A DNA stretch of 63,155 bases, counting the filler, from Reticulomyxa filosa (lineage: Eukaryota > Protista > Foraminifera), in the NCBI GenBank assembly GCA_000512085.1. It is 18 parts of 18 records of this genome, joined end to end, with 100 filler letters (N's around TTAATTAATTAA, not from the genome) between each part and the next. Parts side by side here need not be neighbours in the genome. Positions count along the whole stretch, not along the records: positions 5,430 to 13,397 come from ASPP01005646.1; positions 13,498 to 17,827 come from ASPP01015636.1; positions 17,928 to 20,288 come from ASPP01021667.1; positions 20,389 to 23,777 come from ASPP01011635.1; positions 23,878 to 26,839 come from ASPP01006135.1; 13 more parts are not named here. One strand, given 5' to 3'. Of the stretch, positions 12,247-25,003 are shown one piece after another (the stretch's first letter is position 1; each line of letters begins with the position of its first letter). Position numbers and translations under genes: made by a program. The notes below the pieces were generated by a model that did not search any database, was not told where the DNA came from, and saw only the letters and a program-made list of their open reading frames with translations.

Positions 12247-13348
12247 CTAAGTCCAACGTATCAAGGTCACATGCTCAATTGCAACTCGACACACAGGACA
12301 TTTATCATCAATTTTGGTTGCACATTTTTCACAACAAACACAATGTGCACAAGGATGAAAAACAATTTCTTTGGAATTGGTGTAGCAACAAACACATAGC
12401 AGACGTTCTGTTGAGCGTTGAGTTTCAATAAATCCATGAACTTCGTTTCTCATATGAATAATTTCTTTTTCTTTTTTCAAGAGTGACTCTGTATCAGCAA
12501 CATTTTCTACACTCTCGTTTTCTTCATGTTTTTGCAATAGCGCTTTGATTGTTTTGATATTTTCAAAATACAGTTTGGCCGACGACATGTGTTTTCCGGC
12601 AGAATGTGAAACATCATGTAGTTTTTGTATTTCTATTTCATATTTGGCACATTCGTCTTTCAGTTGTTGCAACATATTTTGGTGTACGGTATTTTTATTG
12701 GTATTTTGAGGAACATCACTGGTATTAAGCAGTGGCTCCACTTTTGTCTCTTTTTCTTCGTTTTCGACGGGTTTCTTATCGACCTCACCCTTGCTATTGT
12801 CCTCCATCTCCGCATCATTCCTTTCTTGGATGTCTTCTGCCTTTGCATCATTTTGGAGGTGTTGCAAAATCAGTCCTGTTTTCACACGAATGGTCGGCCA
12901 AAAGGAAAGTACATTGCTGTTGTCACGGCTATGGAGTGCAGTGACAACAAAAGTAATAATTATCAAAACCCATGTAACTTTTGTAAAGGAGAAAAAACAA
13001 ACAAACAAACCCAGTCCCGAAGGAAGAAGGCAGCTGTGAAGGAATGCTGGAGACATCAATTTCGGCGTGGGTTTGCAATTGATACATGTTTAAACAGGCA
13101 AGCAAATGTAGACCAATGGCAAATTCGACGAGATGCAACGACTGCAAATCTTTGGAGTTGGTTATCATTTGATAGACGTGGAAGCATATGTCGCAATTTA
13201 GCTTGTGCTCAATGCATTTATTTAAAAGTGGGTTAATATCCACGGCGTGGTCAGTCAATTCTTGTTGAGTATATTGCACCACGTATTCATTCCTGCATGT
13301 TTCCGGAATAGTTTGATACAATTTCCATGCTATTAACAAACAACGCAT
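12247..13348 (-). CDS. C-terminal RING-HC E3 ligase with coiled coil and upstream EH-like domain; intron 12929-13010; 5'-truncated
   Basis: CVCC..IVFHPCAHCVCCEKCA..CPVCR RING. A phase-2 GT-AG intron joins it to an exon with LHLVEFAIGLHLL..IPSQLPSSF. Confidence 0.8.
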
Positions 13349-13722
13349 GCATGCATTCGTATATACAATACATACACACGTACATATATGTATATATNNN
13401 NNNNNNNNNNNNNNNNNNNNNNNNNNNNNNNNNNNNNNNNNTTAATTAATTAANNNNNNNNNNNNNNNNNNNNNNNNNNNNNNNNNNNNNNNNNNNNTTA
13501 CTACATCGACTCACTGAAAATTTGCAACTCTTCGTCACATTTTTTTTTTTTTTTGCAAAATTGCACATCTTGTAAGAGGGCTCTTTTTTAATATTGCCAC
13601 GAAACGAAAATAGTGAAGGCTTTTCAAAAATCAAAAAAATTTAATATAATGACGACTCGTCTCTCAATCTCATACAATAACAACAAAAAAGTATTTATGT
13701 TGAAGTAGTGACAGCGTGATGC

Positions 13723-15617
13723 TTACTCAGGAATCGTGAGTTGTGTCATTGCCTCATCAATTTTGGCTTTAAGTTGATCAATTTGTTTCTGTTTGGACGC
13801 ATGTAATTCACCTTCTCTCTCTTCAAACTTTTGTTGTAATTTTAATTTTTCGGCGTTTTGTTGTTTGTTTGTTTCAAGTAATTTTTCAATTTCTTTTTTG
13901 ACTTTGAAATTTTTCTTTTTCCAAATGAACAACGTTTTCATACACGCCCATATTTTCAATTTGCTTATCCAACAGTTCTAATTGCTCAGTCAATTCATTG
14001 ATGCGTGCTCTTTTTTTGCTCAACGCTTGGCTCAGTTCTCTTTTCTTAATTTTGATTTCCTCTTCAAAATATGTTGATTGTTGTAATATTGCCTCTGTCA
14101 TTATGCGATTATAAAACATTTGCATATTTTCGAGTTTGCTCATTACTAATTCTCTTTCCGCGGGATTTGTTGTCTCAGTATCATCTTCTGTTTAACTCCA
14201 TTTTTTTTTTTTAAAGTAATATGTTAAACAAAACATAAGAATCATTGGGTATTTTCCACCCCCCCCTCCCCCCCCCCAAAAAAAAAGAAGACTAAAACGA
14301 GGCTGGGATTGATGCCAACTCAAGGAATTCAAGAATGGAAATATTCCATTATCTCTTTGTTTATGCTGATCGGACAACATAGGGTTGTCAGCGTTTAAAG
14401 ATTCTTCTAATCGGAGCAGCTCCTCTTGTTCTTGTGCATTCATTACTTCACTTTCTTTTTGTTGTTGTTGTTGTTGTTGTTGGTGCAAGAGCTTCTTCAT
14501 TTCGATAGTCTCAACAATATCTCGTTCGATTTTCTCTTGTTCACGGAGCAGCGACAAATTATTGTGAAACTTTACATCAATTTTCTTTTTTTTTTTTTTT
14601 TTTTTTTTTGATTTGTGGTTTGCGAAAAAAAAAAAAAATTAAAAAAAGTTGAAACCCCAATAAACAAATAAACTCCGAAACGCTTTTTTATGCACTCTTT
14701 GTACGAATTGATCAGCGACATAATCCCAAACGTACAAATCAGAAATATGTAGTGTGAAGCGATGTTTGGTATCATAAAAGTGTTGCAAAGCGTGTTGAGA
14801 CGTCATTCGCCCACAGCCAATATTGGCACAAATCATGCAAATCCATAAGTCTTTGTGTTCAGATTGACAGCATGTTTTTAAGGAATACGTATCTTTGGAA
14901 GACGCTTTGGACTGTTGTTGTTGTTGTTGTTGTTGTTGTCGATTATACCAATTGGATAATGCCTTGTCTTGACTCAACACCATATTAGCCTTTTCACTAT
15001 TAGTTTTAGTTTTCGTATTACGTTTAAAAGAGAGACCATTATCCTTGTTATTATCATTGTCATTGTCATTGTCATTGTCATTGTCATTATCATGTTTTGC
15101 TTCATTCACAGACTGTTGCAATGGTGGCACGTGCTGAACGTAATATAATGCCTTGCACACTGGACATTTGATATGAATCCAACGATGCATGCAGCGACAA
15201 ATGCCAGCACTAATAACGCTGTTGTAGCCAGTTAGCCACAGTTCGTTATTGTCGGAGTGGTCGTCATTCATCACAGTCGCAAGCGCAATTTCGCTATCGC
15301 CGCCGTGTGCATCAAGTGACGGATGATGAGCATTATTATCCACAAACGACTCTAATGTCTGTGTCTCATTGTTGTTCTGTGTCCCTGTTATTGTTGTTGT
15401 TGTTGTTGTTGTTGTTGTCGCAATGTGGTCAGATCCGACGAAAACATGAGGTCGACACAAATGCGACCATACGTGAGTAATGGACGGGTCCAATCGTTCC
15501 AAACAATTTGGACATAATGGCAGTCGCAACAGCAACTCGTCTTCCTCTTTTTCATTCGTTTCAGTGTTACGTATATGTTGTGATGATTGGCGTTTTTTAT
15601 TGTTATTATTGCCGTCA

Positions 15618-15666
<49 letters not shown>

Positions 15667-16480
15667 GTTATTATTATTATCATTATTAGTATTGGTTTGT
15701 CTGATTGTATACAAGTTAAAGTTGGTATAGTCGATTCCGATGTCAGCCCAAGTGAGATTTTTGTTGTGCTGCTTCGGGCGTCGGTGATTCGCAAAGACTG
15801 TTTTGGTGGCAAAGATAGCGTGACATACGTCAGTAAAGGGAGGGGTGAACCTTTGTCCATGACACTGGTAAAAACAGTCCCTCACATACTTCACGCTCTC
15901 AAATTTTATCAACAGCGATTGCTGGTTTGTAAATGGATGCGTGATTCGAATGCTTCCTAACACACCCGCATATCTCGTGCCTTCTCCTTTAGCCGATGGC
16001 AAAGGCTGAATGTGTGCAAACTCATACAACTTTGCAATCGTAAACTGCGGAGGAACTGATATCAAAAATAACTCGTTTGTGTCCAGCAGCGATACTATTG
16101 TGTCTAGTGTCATTTCATTTGTTTCCATGTTTTCATTATTGTTCATGTCATCTTTGTCATTGTTATTGCTATTGCTATTGCTATTGCTATTGCTGTTGCT
16201 TTCGGGCTTTGATCTCTCCTTTCTTTTTCTCGTCTCGTCGTCACTGTTATTTGTCGTACTTGGTGATGATGGTGGTATTGACGGTGTTGTCGATTTCTTC
16301 ACCACGTGATATAGCTCACAAATTCCTGTCACTTCTTGCGTTTTGCTTGGTTGTCTATGGTTCCACGTATACTCTTTTTTTTTTGTAGATGACTGCTCAC
16401 ACAAATTTTGATAACTGTTGCACTGTCTCCCACGAAAGATCTTGCAATGTTAAAATGTACACATGATAAGATGGGAACAT
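13723..16480 (-). CDS. BRAP: BRAP2/IMP (ETP1)-like E3 ligase: RRM-like BRAP2 domain, RING-H2, zf-UBP, coiled coil; multi-exon with apparent 1-nt frameshift near 15620
   Basis: LFLISVP..LLIKFES..HGQRF..DVCH; LPLCPNCLERLD..CPVCK; LWICMICANIGCGR..HALQHFYDTKH..VWDYVADQFVQRV; SKLENMQMFYNRIM..QSTYFE. Domain order matches BRAP2. Start codon uncertain. Confidence 0.88.
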
Positions 16481-17435
16481 ATTTAGATTAATGAGAAGGG
16501 CAAATTGCTCTCAGGGGGGTCAGAGCCAAAAAAAGTTTTGGAAGTAGACCATACTTTAGCTGCAGTGCACGAATAAACATTGAATGAATGGCAGCCAAGT
16601 GAGTATGAGCATGGTTGTCAAGTTTTTACCCAATGATTATTTGAATAATCTTGTGAATACATTTTTAAAAACATTAAAGTATATCCAAAATGTGCATTAT
16701 ACAGTATGCTGCAAAAAAAAAACTATTACTATAGAGCGCATCTTATAAAGATAATCGATTTCTTCCATGAAAAACAAATATTTAAACCTAATTTTTTAAA
16801 ATATCTACAAATCTTGTGTATCTTTCGCAATTTTTGAAAAATTCAAAAATTGAACTTTAGTTTTGAAAACTTTTTTATGTGAAATTTTTTTGAATTTTTA
16901 TTCCATTTTTATGTGTTTTTCTTTGGCTTAAATTATGATTCGATTCTTTTTGTCATTAACTAGACTATCAATTTTTTCAGATTTTGTTTTAAATGTTTCA
17001 CACATATCTTGTTTTATTTATTTTTTTTACCTTGTACAATTTTGTTTTTATTATCAACTAAATGTTTATTTTAGATAGCAAAAGAATTTCGTAAATGATG
17101 AAATAATTGTGCATATTTTACTTGCAATTGTTTGTATTTCATTTCTTGTGATCCTGTATTTGTTTGTTTTAAGACAATTATCAAAGTCTTATTGACTATT
17201 AATTTGTGCTTGCATGTTTCCTTTCTTGGAGATATTTGATAAAAATTACACATTGGACAAATGTACATCCACAAAGCCAAAAAGTGCTGAAACAAGACAA
17301 GCAACGTAGTCACTCAAACTAAAATTTTCTTCATACTTGATTCTATTCTTAAAACTATTACAATGAAATTTCAACAATGGATGTCGTTCAATTTTTTTTC
17401 TGTGTTGGCTGTATAAATATTTATTATGTCTACAG

Positions 17436-17772
17436 GACAACGGCCTAGAAATGGGGCAGAGAAAATAAATGATCCCAAATCTGAAGAGGATGAGAATGGA
17501 GAGCATTTAGTTAAGACATGATGAGAAGAAAGAAGAGTAAAAAGAGAGGGGAAAAAAAGTCAAGAAATGGTGTGAAATGAGATAGGCAACAATAACGCGT
17601 TTGAAAGCGGAAAAACAGCAATCACAAATTAAGGAAATGAAAGAACTGAAAAGCCAGTTGAAAAAATCAGTATCAAAAGAAGAGTATGAGCAATTAAAAA
17701 ACGAGAGTGATCAGCTGAAATTGGACTTGTTAGATGCATCTTCTCAAATCCAAGCATTGACACATGAATTAG
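17436..17772 (+). CDS. Coiled-coil protein fragment (two internal exons), truncated
   Basis: Frame-consistent intron (gttaag..gatag) joins EDENGEHL to ATITRLKAEKQQSQIKEMKELK; heptad-like content. Confidence 0.4.
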
Positions 17773-19834
17773 GTATATACATGTGTTCTGTATATGTATA
17801 CGTATATATCTTTTTTTTTTTTTTTTTNNNNNNNNNNNNNNNNNNNNNNNNNNNNNNNNNNNNNNNNNNNNTTAATTAATTAANNNNNNNNNNNNNNNNN
17901 NNNNNNNNNNNNNNNNNNNNNNNNNNNTAAAGGGTAACTTTTTCCAAAAATTGGAGTTACAAACTACTACTTGCATGTAAATGCGACTCCAATAACAAAA
18001 TATTTAACTTATATCTCCTCCCATGTCTTCATCTGCAAACTCTTTACTACATTCACTCACGATCACAAGCCATTGGATGACTGCACATGCTATTGCTCGC
18101 ATTTCTCCCAAACTTCCTTCTTTATGCAACAATCGCAAATCTATCATGTTTTCAATCCAATTGCGTCTCACGGTTCTTGTACATGTCTGCATATCCACTA
18201 CTGTGCCCAACGACTTTTTTGCCGTTTCCATCAATTGGTCCACATTTGCATTATTTGAGAATTGACTGCTCGGCTTCTCTTGGGTGCGAGATCTGGAAAT
18301 GTCGGTCATCTGGCTATGTCGGTTTTGTTTTTCAAACGTTGTAATAGTTTTGAACAAAATTTTGTCTTTCTAATGTGCTCATGATTAAAAGTTGCAAAAT
18401 TTTTTTTTCACAAAAAATTATACTTACTGCTGATTTCTTTCTTGTTAACATTGGTTAGCAGTCACAAAAAACGTTTCTTTTTCGACTTGAAAAAAATAAA
18501 ATATTTAAAAAAGCAGCTGCAGGATTGGACTGCGGTAATATCACTCCCAAATATATGTTGGATAAGGAAAGACGACAAAAAGAAAAAGGAAAAACCTTTT
18601 TTTTTTTTGTTCAGTAAAACGTAATGTGTTAACTAAAAAAAAAAGATGCAAAATTGCAATTTTTGAAATGTTTTGACATTTTAGATGAAACAACAAAAAA
18701 AAAGTAAAAAATTGTTGAAATTTGATAGCATTTCATTTCCAAAAACAACTTACGTAATTGAATATTATAATAGTCTTTTGAAATAAGTATTTAATGGAAT
18801 ATTATTTAAATCTTTTTTTTTGAATAATTTTTTTTTTTGAAAGTGAAAAAGTTTTCCTTTTCTTCAAAAAAGCTCTGCTTTGCAAATGTGGTTTGGTTCT
18901 TCTCTCTTCAGACAACTTTACAAGCCAAACTTACACAATATGGAACTCACTCTCAAACAGCTTCTTCTCCAATGTATTTCTCTGCAAAAGTGCAAAAGAA
19001 TATAAGCACAAAACTAGATTTTTGTATACGTATTGAACATTGCAAAGTATAATGACCTTCTGTGGGATTGAGTTAAACGTAGAGCTATTGATGATTGTAT
19101 TTTTGTGATTCATTAAAAAAAAAAACATTTTTTTTGTGAACACATTCACTAAATTATTGTACTGACATTGTCTCAGTGCAGTTTAAATTAAATATTTTTA
19201 ATCATTTTCGACTCATTGACCTGTTCACAGAGATGTTGAATAATATATGCTCTAATGAAATCTGATGCATCAGTTGCTAGAATCAATACTAAAGAACGCT
19301 ATAAAAATGTGTGAAAGCAACCTGAATATCAGCTTTTGTGATACATAAGATTGTTTCTGCATATGATGATTCCATTAATATATATTTTTTCAATTGAGTC
19401 AATGTCTCTAACAAGAATAGATCAAGTCAATGAATAAACAAATGTAAAGAAAATGAATGAAAGCACTGCACTTTTTCGTTTGATAATACATTTACAATCT
19501 AAAAAAAACTTTGATGAGTTTGTGGTGCATCAAGTTTCATTAGTGAATATATTATTCAACAGCCAAGTCAAGGATATCAGTGCAATAAAGAGAATAGCCT
19601 TTTTTTTGCTTTTGGATTTCGCTTGAAATTAAAAAAAAATTACCAAGCTGCAATTTTCGATTCTTGTGGACATTTACATCTGATTTATGGTTTGCAATGA
19701 AACAAAAAGATGACACCAATTTAAATTGAAACACTTGTACCAGCATAAAAATTTTGACATTTGATCTGTTTCGTGCTAAATATAATTTGCGACTGGAAAT
19801 AATAAAAATAATAATAACAATAAAAAAGATTAAT

Positions 19835-20288
19835 TTAATACGTCGATTGTGTGTCCGATTTGATCATTTCGATAACTTGTTTAATTTTATCAGGAAAATA
19901 TTTCATTTGTTTGGATCTGACATTTTCAACAAAAGCCAACAAATCATTTTTCATGACATTATCATTTTTTATGGCATTCATTGCGTTTTCATGTTTGAAA
20001 ATATCAAATAATCGATTAATGAAATCAGATGGAACAGGAGGAGATATGGTGGAAATAATGCGCTGAATAAAATGGCGTAAAAGAGTTCGATCTAATTTCG
20101 CGACATGTTTGGAGGACATGATATCCAAAACAATTTTATATTCTCCATGTTGTAAAACAAAAATTAGCATATCTAATAATTTTTGTAATATTTCCATTTC
20201 TTTCAAAGCTTTTAATCCTTTGGGAATTGAAATCATTTCATCCATCAATTCTGCGACGTTACATCTCTTGCAAATCAAACCAACATAC
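19835..20288 (-). CDS. NELFCD: NELF-C/D (TH1-like) C-terminal fragment
   Basis: EILQKLLDMLIFVLQHG..LDRTLLRHFIQRIISTISPPVPSDFINRLFDIF parallels the animal TH1L C-terminus as I recall it (LLDRMVHLLSRG..D.SLIRYFVTEVLDVIAPPYTSDFVQLF) and ends at a similar position. Confidence 0.75.
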
Positions 20289-20443
20289 NNNNNNNNNNNN
20301 NNNNNNNNNNNNNNNNNNNNNNNNNNNNNNNNTTAATTAATTAANNNNNNNNNNNNNNNNNNNNNNNNNNNNNNNNNNNNNNNNNNNNAAACAAACAAAA
20401 TTAAGAATCAAATGTGTTGTTTTTTATGTATGGTACCAAACAA

Positions 20444-21518
20444 GAGAATAAAAGAAATAGAATCAGTAATCACACATTGGATTCATTTGTTCTCTCTCAA
20501 GATGGGATGGATTGATGCTTTCAATGTTATCATTTCGCGATATATGATGGTATTATTGCACTATTTTTTTTTTTTTTTTTGGATCTGAAAGCGCTATTTC
20601 AAAAAAAAAAAAAATTTGCATAAACAGATGAGATACTTCAAACTATCACGAATTCTCCAAAATCATTCAGCAGGCTTGAATAGTGTAAAATTTTCATCAG
20701 ATGGCACCAAAGTTGTTGTGTCATTGGATGATGGGACAATTCAAATATGGAATCTTTCATCTGAAGAGCACACACAAGTATTGAAAGGACATACAAATTT
20801 GGTGAATGATGCACAATTTTCACCTGATGGTAATATGATTGTGTCATGTTCAGCTGACAAAACAATTCGCTTGTGGAACGCAACGTTGTGTACCCAAATA
20901 AAAAAATTGGAAGGACATACGAAAAATGTAAAAAATGTACGCTTTTCACCGGATGGAAAGACTATTGTGTCATGTTCATATGACAACACGATTCGGATAT
21001 GGGACACACAGGCTGGCAAAGAGACAAAAAGAATGAAAGGACATTCCAAAGGGATAAATGATGTACAATTTTCACCTGACGGACAGCAAATTGTGTCTGC
21101 ATCCAATGACAATACTGTTGGGATCTGGCATGCAAAATCAGACAAAATAAAATATATTTTAAAAGGCCATTTCAAAGATGTAAGAAAAGTGCAATTTTCT
21201 CCAGATGGGTCCTTCATTTTCTCTTGCTCTACGGATAAAACAATCCGAATATGGAATGTGATAACAGGAACGCAATTTAAAAAATTAGATGGTACTTCTG
21301 ATGCGGTTAGCAGTATGCAAGTCTTTCCTGATGGTCAAACTATTGTGTCATGTTCTGCAGATAAAACAATCCGATTGTGGGATGTTAAATTAGGAATTGA
21401 AATACAAAAATTAGGAGGACATTCTGATGATGTGACAGGAGTAGATGTTTCACCAGATGGTAATACTATTGTGTCATCTTCTAGAGATGGAACAATCCGA
21501 TTTTGGGAACCATTATAA
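20444..21518 (+). CDS. Seven-bladed WD40 protein with short helical N-terminal module; intron 20550-20627
   Basis: Seven highly similar GH..V..V.FSPDG..IVS.S.DKTIRLW repeats; upstream exon KEIESVITHWIHLFSLKMGWIDAFNVII. Confidence 0.93.
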
Positions 21519-23453
21519 AGAGTTTATACAATATTTAAAAAAAATCATGACTTTTTTTTTTTTTGAGAAGCCAAAAGCATTCGTGTAGACGCTTGCCAAA
21601 CGTAATAGCAAATTGAAGTAAGTCGTGCAACAGACTATTTTGTTGCCCGAATAGCCTATTTTTTGTACTAGAGTTGTATCAGTAGAAAAAGGGACTATCT
21701 CCACCAACCTATCTTTATTTTTTTTTTTTGCTACGATGAATTAGTTTATGGTAGCTTGTTGATATAATCGATTTCTTTGATTAATGATTTGTATCATGTT
21801 CTCATATTTTTCGGCAATTCCTACACTTTTTGTTAAACATTTTACACACAAGTTCTTTGCTGATTTTTTTGTCAACATCACACACTCTAATAGGAAGACC
21901 ACGAAAAATAAAGCACTGACAGTAAACAAGGTAATACATAGTTACTTTTTTAAAGTTCAACGTTCAAGCTTAAAAAAGTTGCAAGCCAATAATCACGTCA
22001 TATTGATTATTTTGAAATCGAAATAAATCCAGGTTGGTTTTACATCTTTCATATTACGATGAATTTTAATGACCAAGGCAGATGAAATGACAACTACTGG
22101 CACCGCTCGCTTTGCATCTTTGGCCGGGTTGCCAAAGCATATTTAAGAAAGCAATATTCCTGCAGACTTCCAGAATGAAGATTTTGTATTTATAGAATAC
22201 AAATTGACTAAGACAAACTTTGAACCTCCCAAAAAGCTCCAATTGGATAAATATTGTGTTATGTGCGTGTGAATAAAAAATTCAAATGATGTTATTTTAT
22301 TTTAATGGACAAATTAATGATAAGGAAGAATTAACATATATGATGAACTACATTGACGCTCATAATACTGAAAAATAGAATTAAAATTGGAAATGGAAAA
22401 CATTACAATAATGTGTGGCATGGTAAAACACAAAAAAAGTGATCAGTGCAAAATTTTACTGGCAAGTCAGATTGCTTCATGTTTATGAGATGTAGTTCGA
22501 ATATAAGATGAGAATAGGAAAGCAAATTCCAAGTATTGAAGAGAAGATATTGTGTTACTTTAGCAGTAACGCATTTGATTTAGAAGTTAAAATTCGATAT
22601 AAAAATACGAAATTATAATGACATTTGATACTCTTTTAATGACAATTGCGAAAGTTTTAATCACAGAATTGTGACAAACAGCATAATACAATTTGCACAA
22701 ATAAAAGTATAATATTGAATTTTCTTTTTTTTTTGTCCATTTTAGAAGAAAATTGTACAGTAAATAAAAAGAATTTTATTAGGAAGAAAAATAATGAAAA
22801 ATTTGTTTCTATTTTTTTAATTTTAACATAAATATCACTTCTTTTTTGCTTATATTTTGCAAATAGAAAAAGAGCTTCAAATCAATTCGATGTTAATTTG
22901 TTTGCTTTTATCAACTGCATATAAAAATTTCTTTCTTTTAAGTTAAAATAAAAACAAAATAGCATAAAAAAGTGGTTGCAATATCTTACTGGTTGATTCA
23001 ATTAATTTCGATGAATTGGATTCTCTAGGATGTGCAGATATCATTTTTAAAAAATTTTGAAAAAATATTGATTTTTCATGAATAAATTTATAAATGTTTG
23101 TAGGGATTCATTTCAAGATATTCTTGCTATCGACTGTACGTTGAAATTATCAATTCTGTCATTAGAAACTTTAAAAGTTATAAAATATTGTTTTTTTGTA
23201 AGCTTTTACATCGAAAAATGTACGACGAATACATTCATAGGTTGGTGTCTCCTTTTCGCTTGGGTACATTACTGCGGATTGTATAAAAATATAAAAAGTG
23301 CAAGTGATGATAATAAATATCTTTTTCGAAAACTGAAGTGCTTTAACAAAAAATCATAACTTACAACAGACGGCAGACATTCAGTCACGTAAAGGGAACG
23401 ACAAAATCTTTTTCTTTTTTTTGTCATTCCAAATTCTGTACTTCAGTATTTGA

Positions 23454-23737
23454 ATGGATTTAGCTACTCTCTTTTTGCTTTTAGAAATACTGTTGAGTTT
23501 TGTTTTAGGACTGATTGCAGCACAATGGATGGTGAGGTATCATCGCATGAGTTTTTTACCGTGTATCATGAAAAGGCATTATATACTGCAATTCTCGTGT
23601 AACATGTGCATGATCCTGGCATTTATGATAGTACAGCCACTGGAGTTGATTTGGACTTACTTGGATAACAAAAAGCACCTTAATATTCTTGTGAAAAATT
23701 ATATCTATTATCTATCAAATATTACGTGGTTCACAGG
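23454..23737 (+). CDS. Multi-pass membrane protein, first exon only
   Basis: ATG-initiated exon with two to three hydrophobic helices, ending at cag|gtagtt before the contig break. Confidence 0.55.
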
Positions 23738-25003
23738 TAGTTTAAAGTATTTTTTTTTGAAGGGGGGAAAAATTATANNNNNNNNNNNNNNNNNNNNNNN
23801 NNNNNNNNNNNNNNNNNNNNNTTAATTAATTAANNNNNNNNNNNNNNNNNNNNNNNNNNNNNNNNNNNNNNNNNNNNACATATCATACATAACACTTCAC
23901 TCATTATTTTCTTATGACTTATGCATCAACTCAATCTTTTTTTTTTGTAATCTAAAACAATCTTCTTCCCTCCCTTTTTTTTTTTGTCCCGACGATAACT
24001 TCTGATTTTGTTATTTCTCCTGATCTTAACCGATTCAACAATGATTCTGTGCTGTTGAAACGTCGAGACCCTTTTTTCGAGCATTCAAGCGTTGTTTATT
24101 ACACTCTCCTGATACAAGAAAGTGCTTGTTTTTTGTCGACAAAAATACTTACTATGTTGCAAGACCGGCAAAAAAGAAAATTCTTTGGGAAGCTCTCCCC
24201 AGCGGCGTCCAACACGAAGAGTCCGCGTGTGGACTTTTTTCATCAATCTAAGTATATTCATTCCAGTAAAACTATGATTTCGAACAAATCAAAACTAATT
24301 ATGTATAAAGGGTGCTTGCTGGAAGGGATTCCTCTGTTTTGTGAGGGACTTTGTTTGTTGAAAGTTTATTTTCTACTTTAATGTCAGGATCAAAACAAGA
24401 GAGTCACTCTTGAAATATTGTCACTTATTCCTTTTTTGCTTTGATATCACTTACGAAAACGAGAGGACTAACACAGCAAAATTTGGGCTAATAACAGACA
24501 AAAATTTTCAAATATTTCTGTGAATAAACAATAGAAAAATAATGAGAGAAGATAAAAAAACAAAAAGGAAAATGGTGGACTGCGATGCAGCTCACATGCT
24601 AGACGTCAAATACGCTGGTTGCTTCTGATTGTAGTGATAGCTGTCCCTCCAGATTTTTGATAATTGCTTGTCAACAATGTTCAAACACATTCACACGAAC
24701 CCGCCCCCCAAACAAAAAATAAATAAAAGTTCAAAAATATTGTTTGAAGTAAAGTAAGACATCACAAAAAAAAAAAGCAAAGAAAGAAAAGATCAATCAC
24801 AATTTGATTGCGGGGTTGATTTATTTGGTTTTGTTGAAACATTATTTGAACAATCGTTTGTGTGCTTAGTTTAATAAATAAAAATCGACTTAGTTCCATC
24901 ATGTTAATTTTTTTTGGAGTGAATGCATCCAAGAGATTCATTTATTTTTTTAAAAAAGTGCACCGTGTTATTTTTGTGTTTTGTAATTGTTTTGTTTCTG
25001 TTA

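Noticed and set aside
18004-18357. 117-aa minus-strand ORF
   Set aside because: Slightly GC-rich and possibly a decayed exon, but no motif or consistent splice model.
23878-24905. Possible multi-exon minus-strand gene
   Set aside because: Exon-like patches exist but I could not build a stop-free model.
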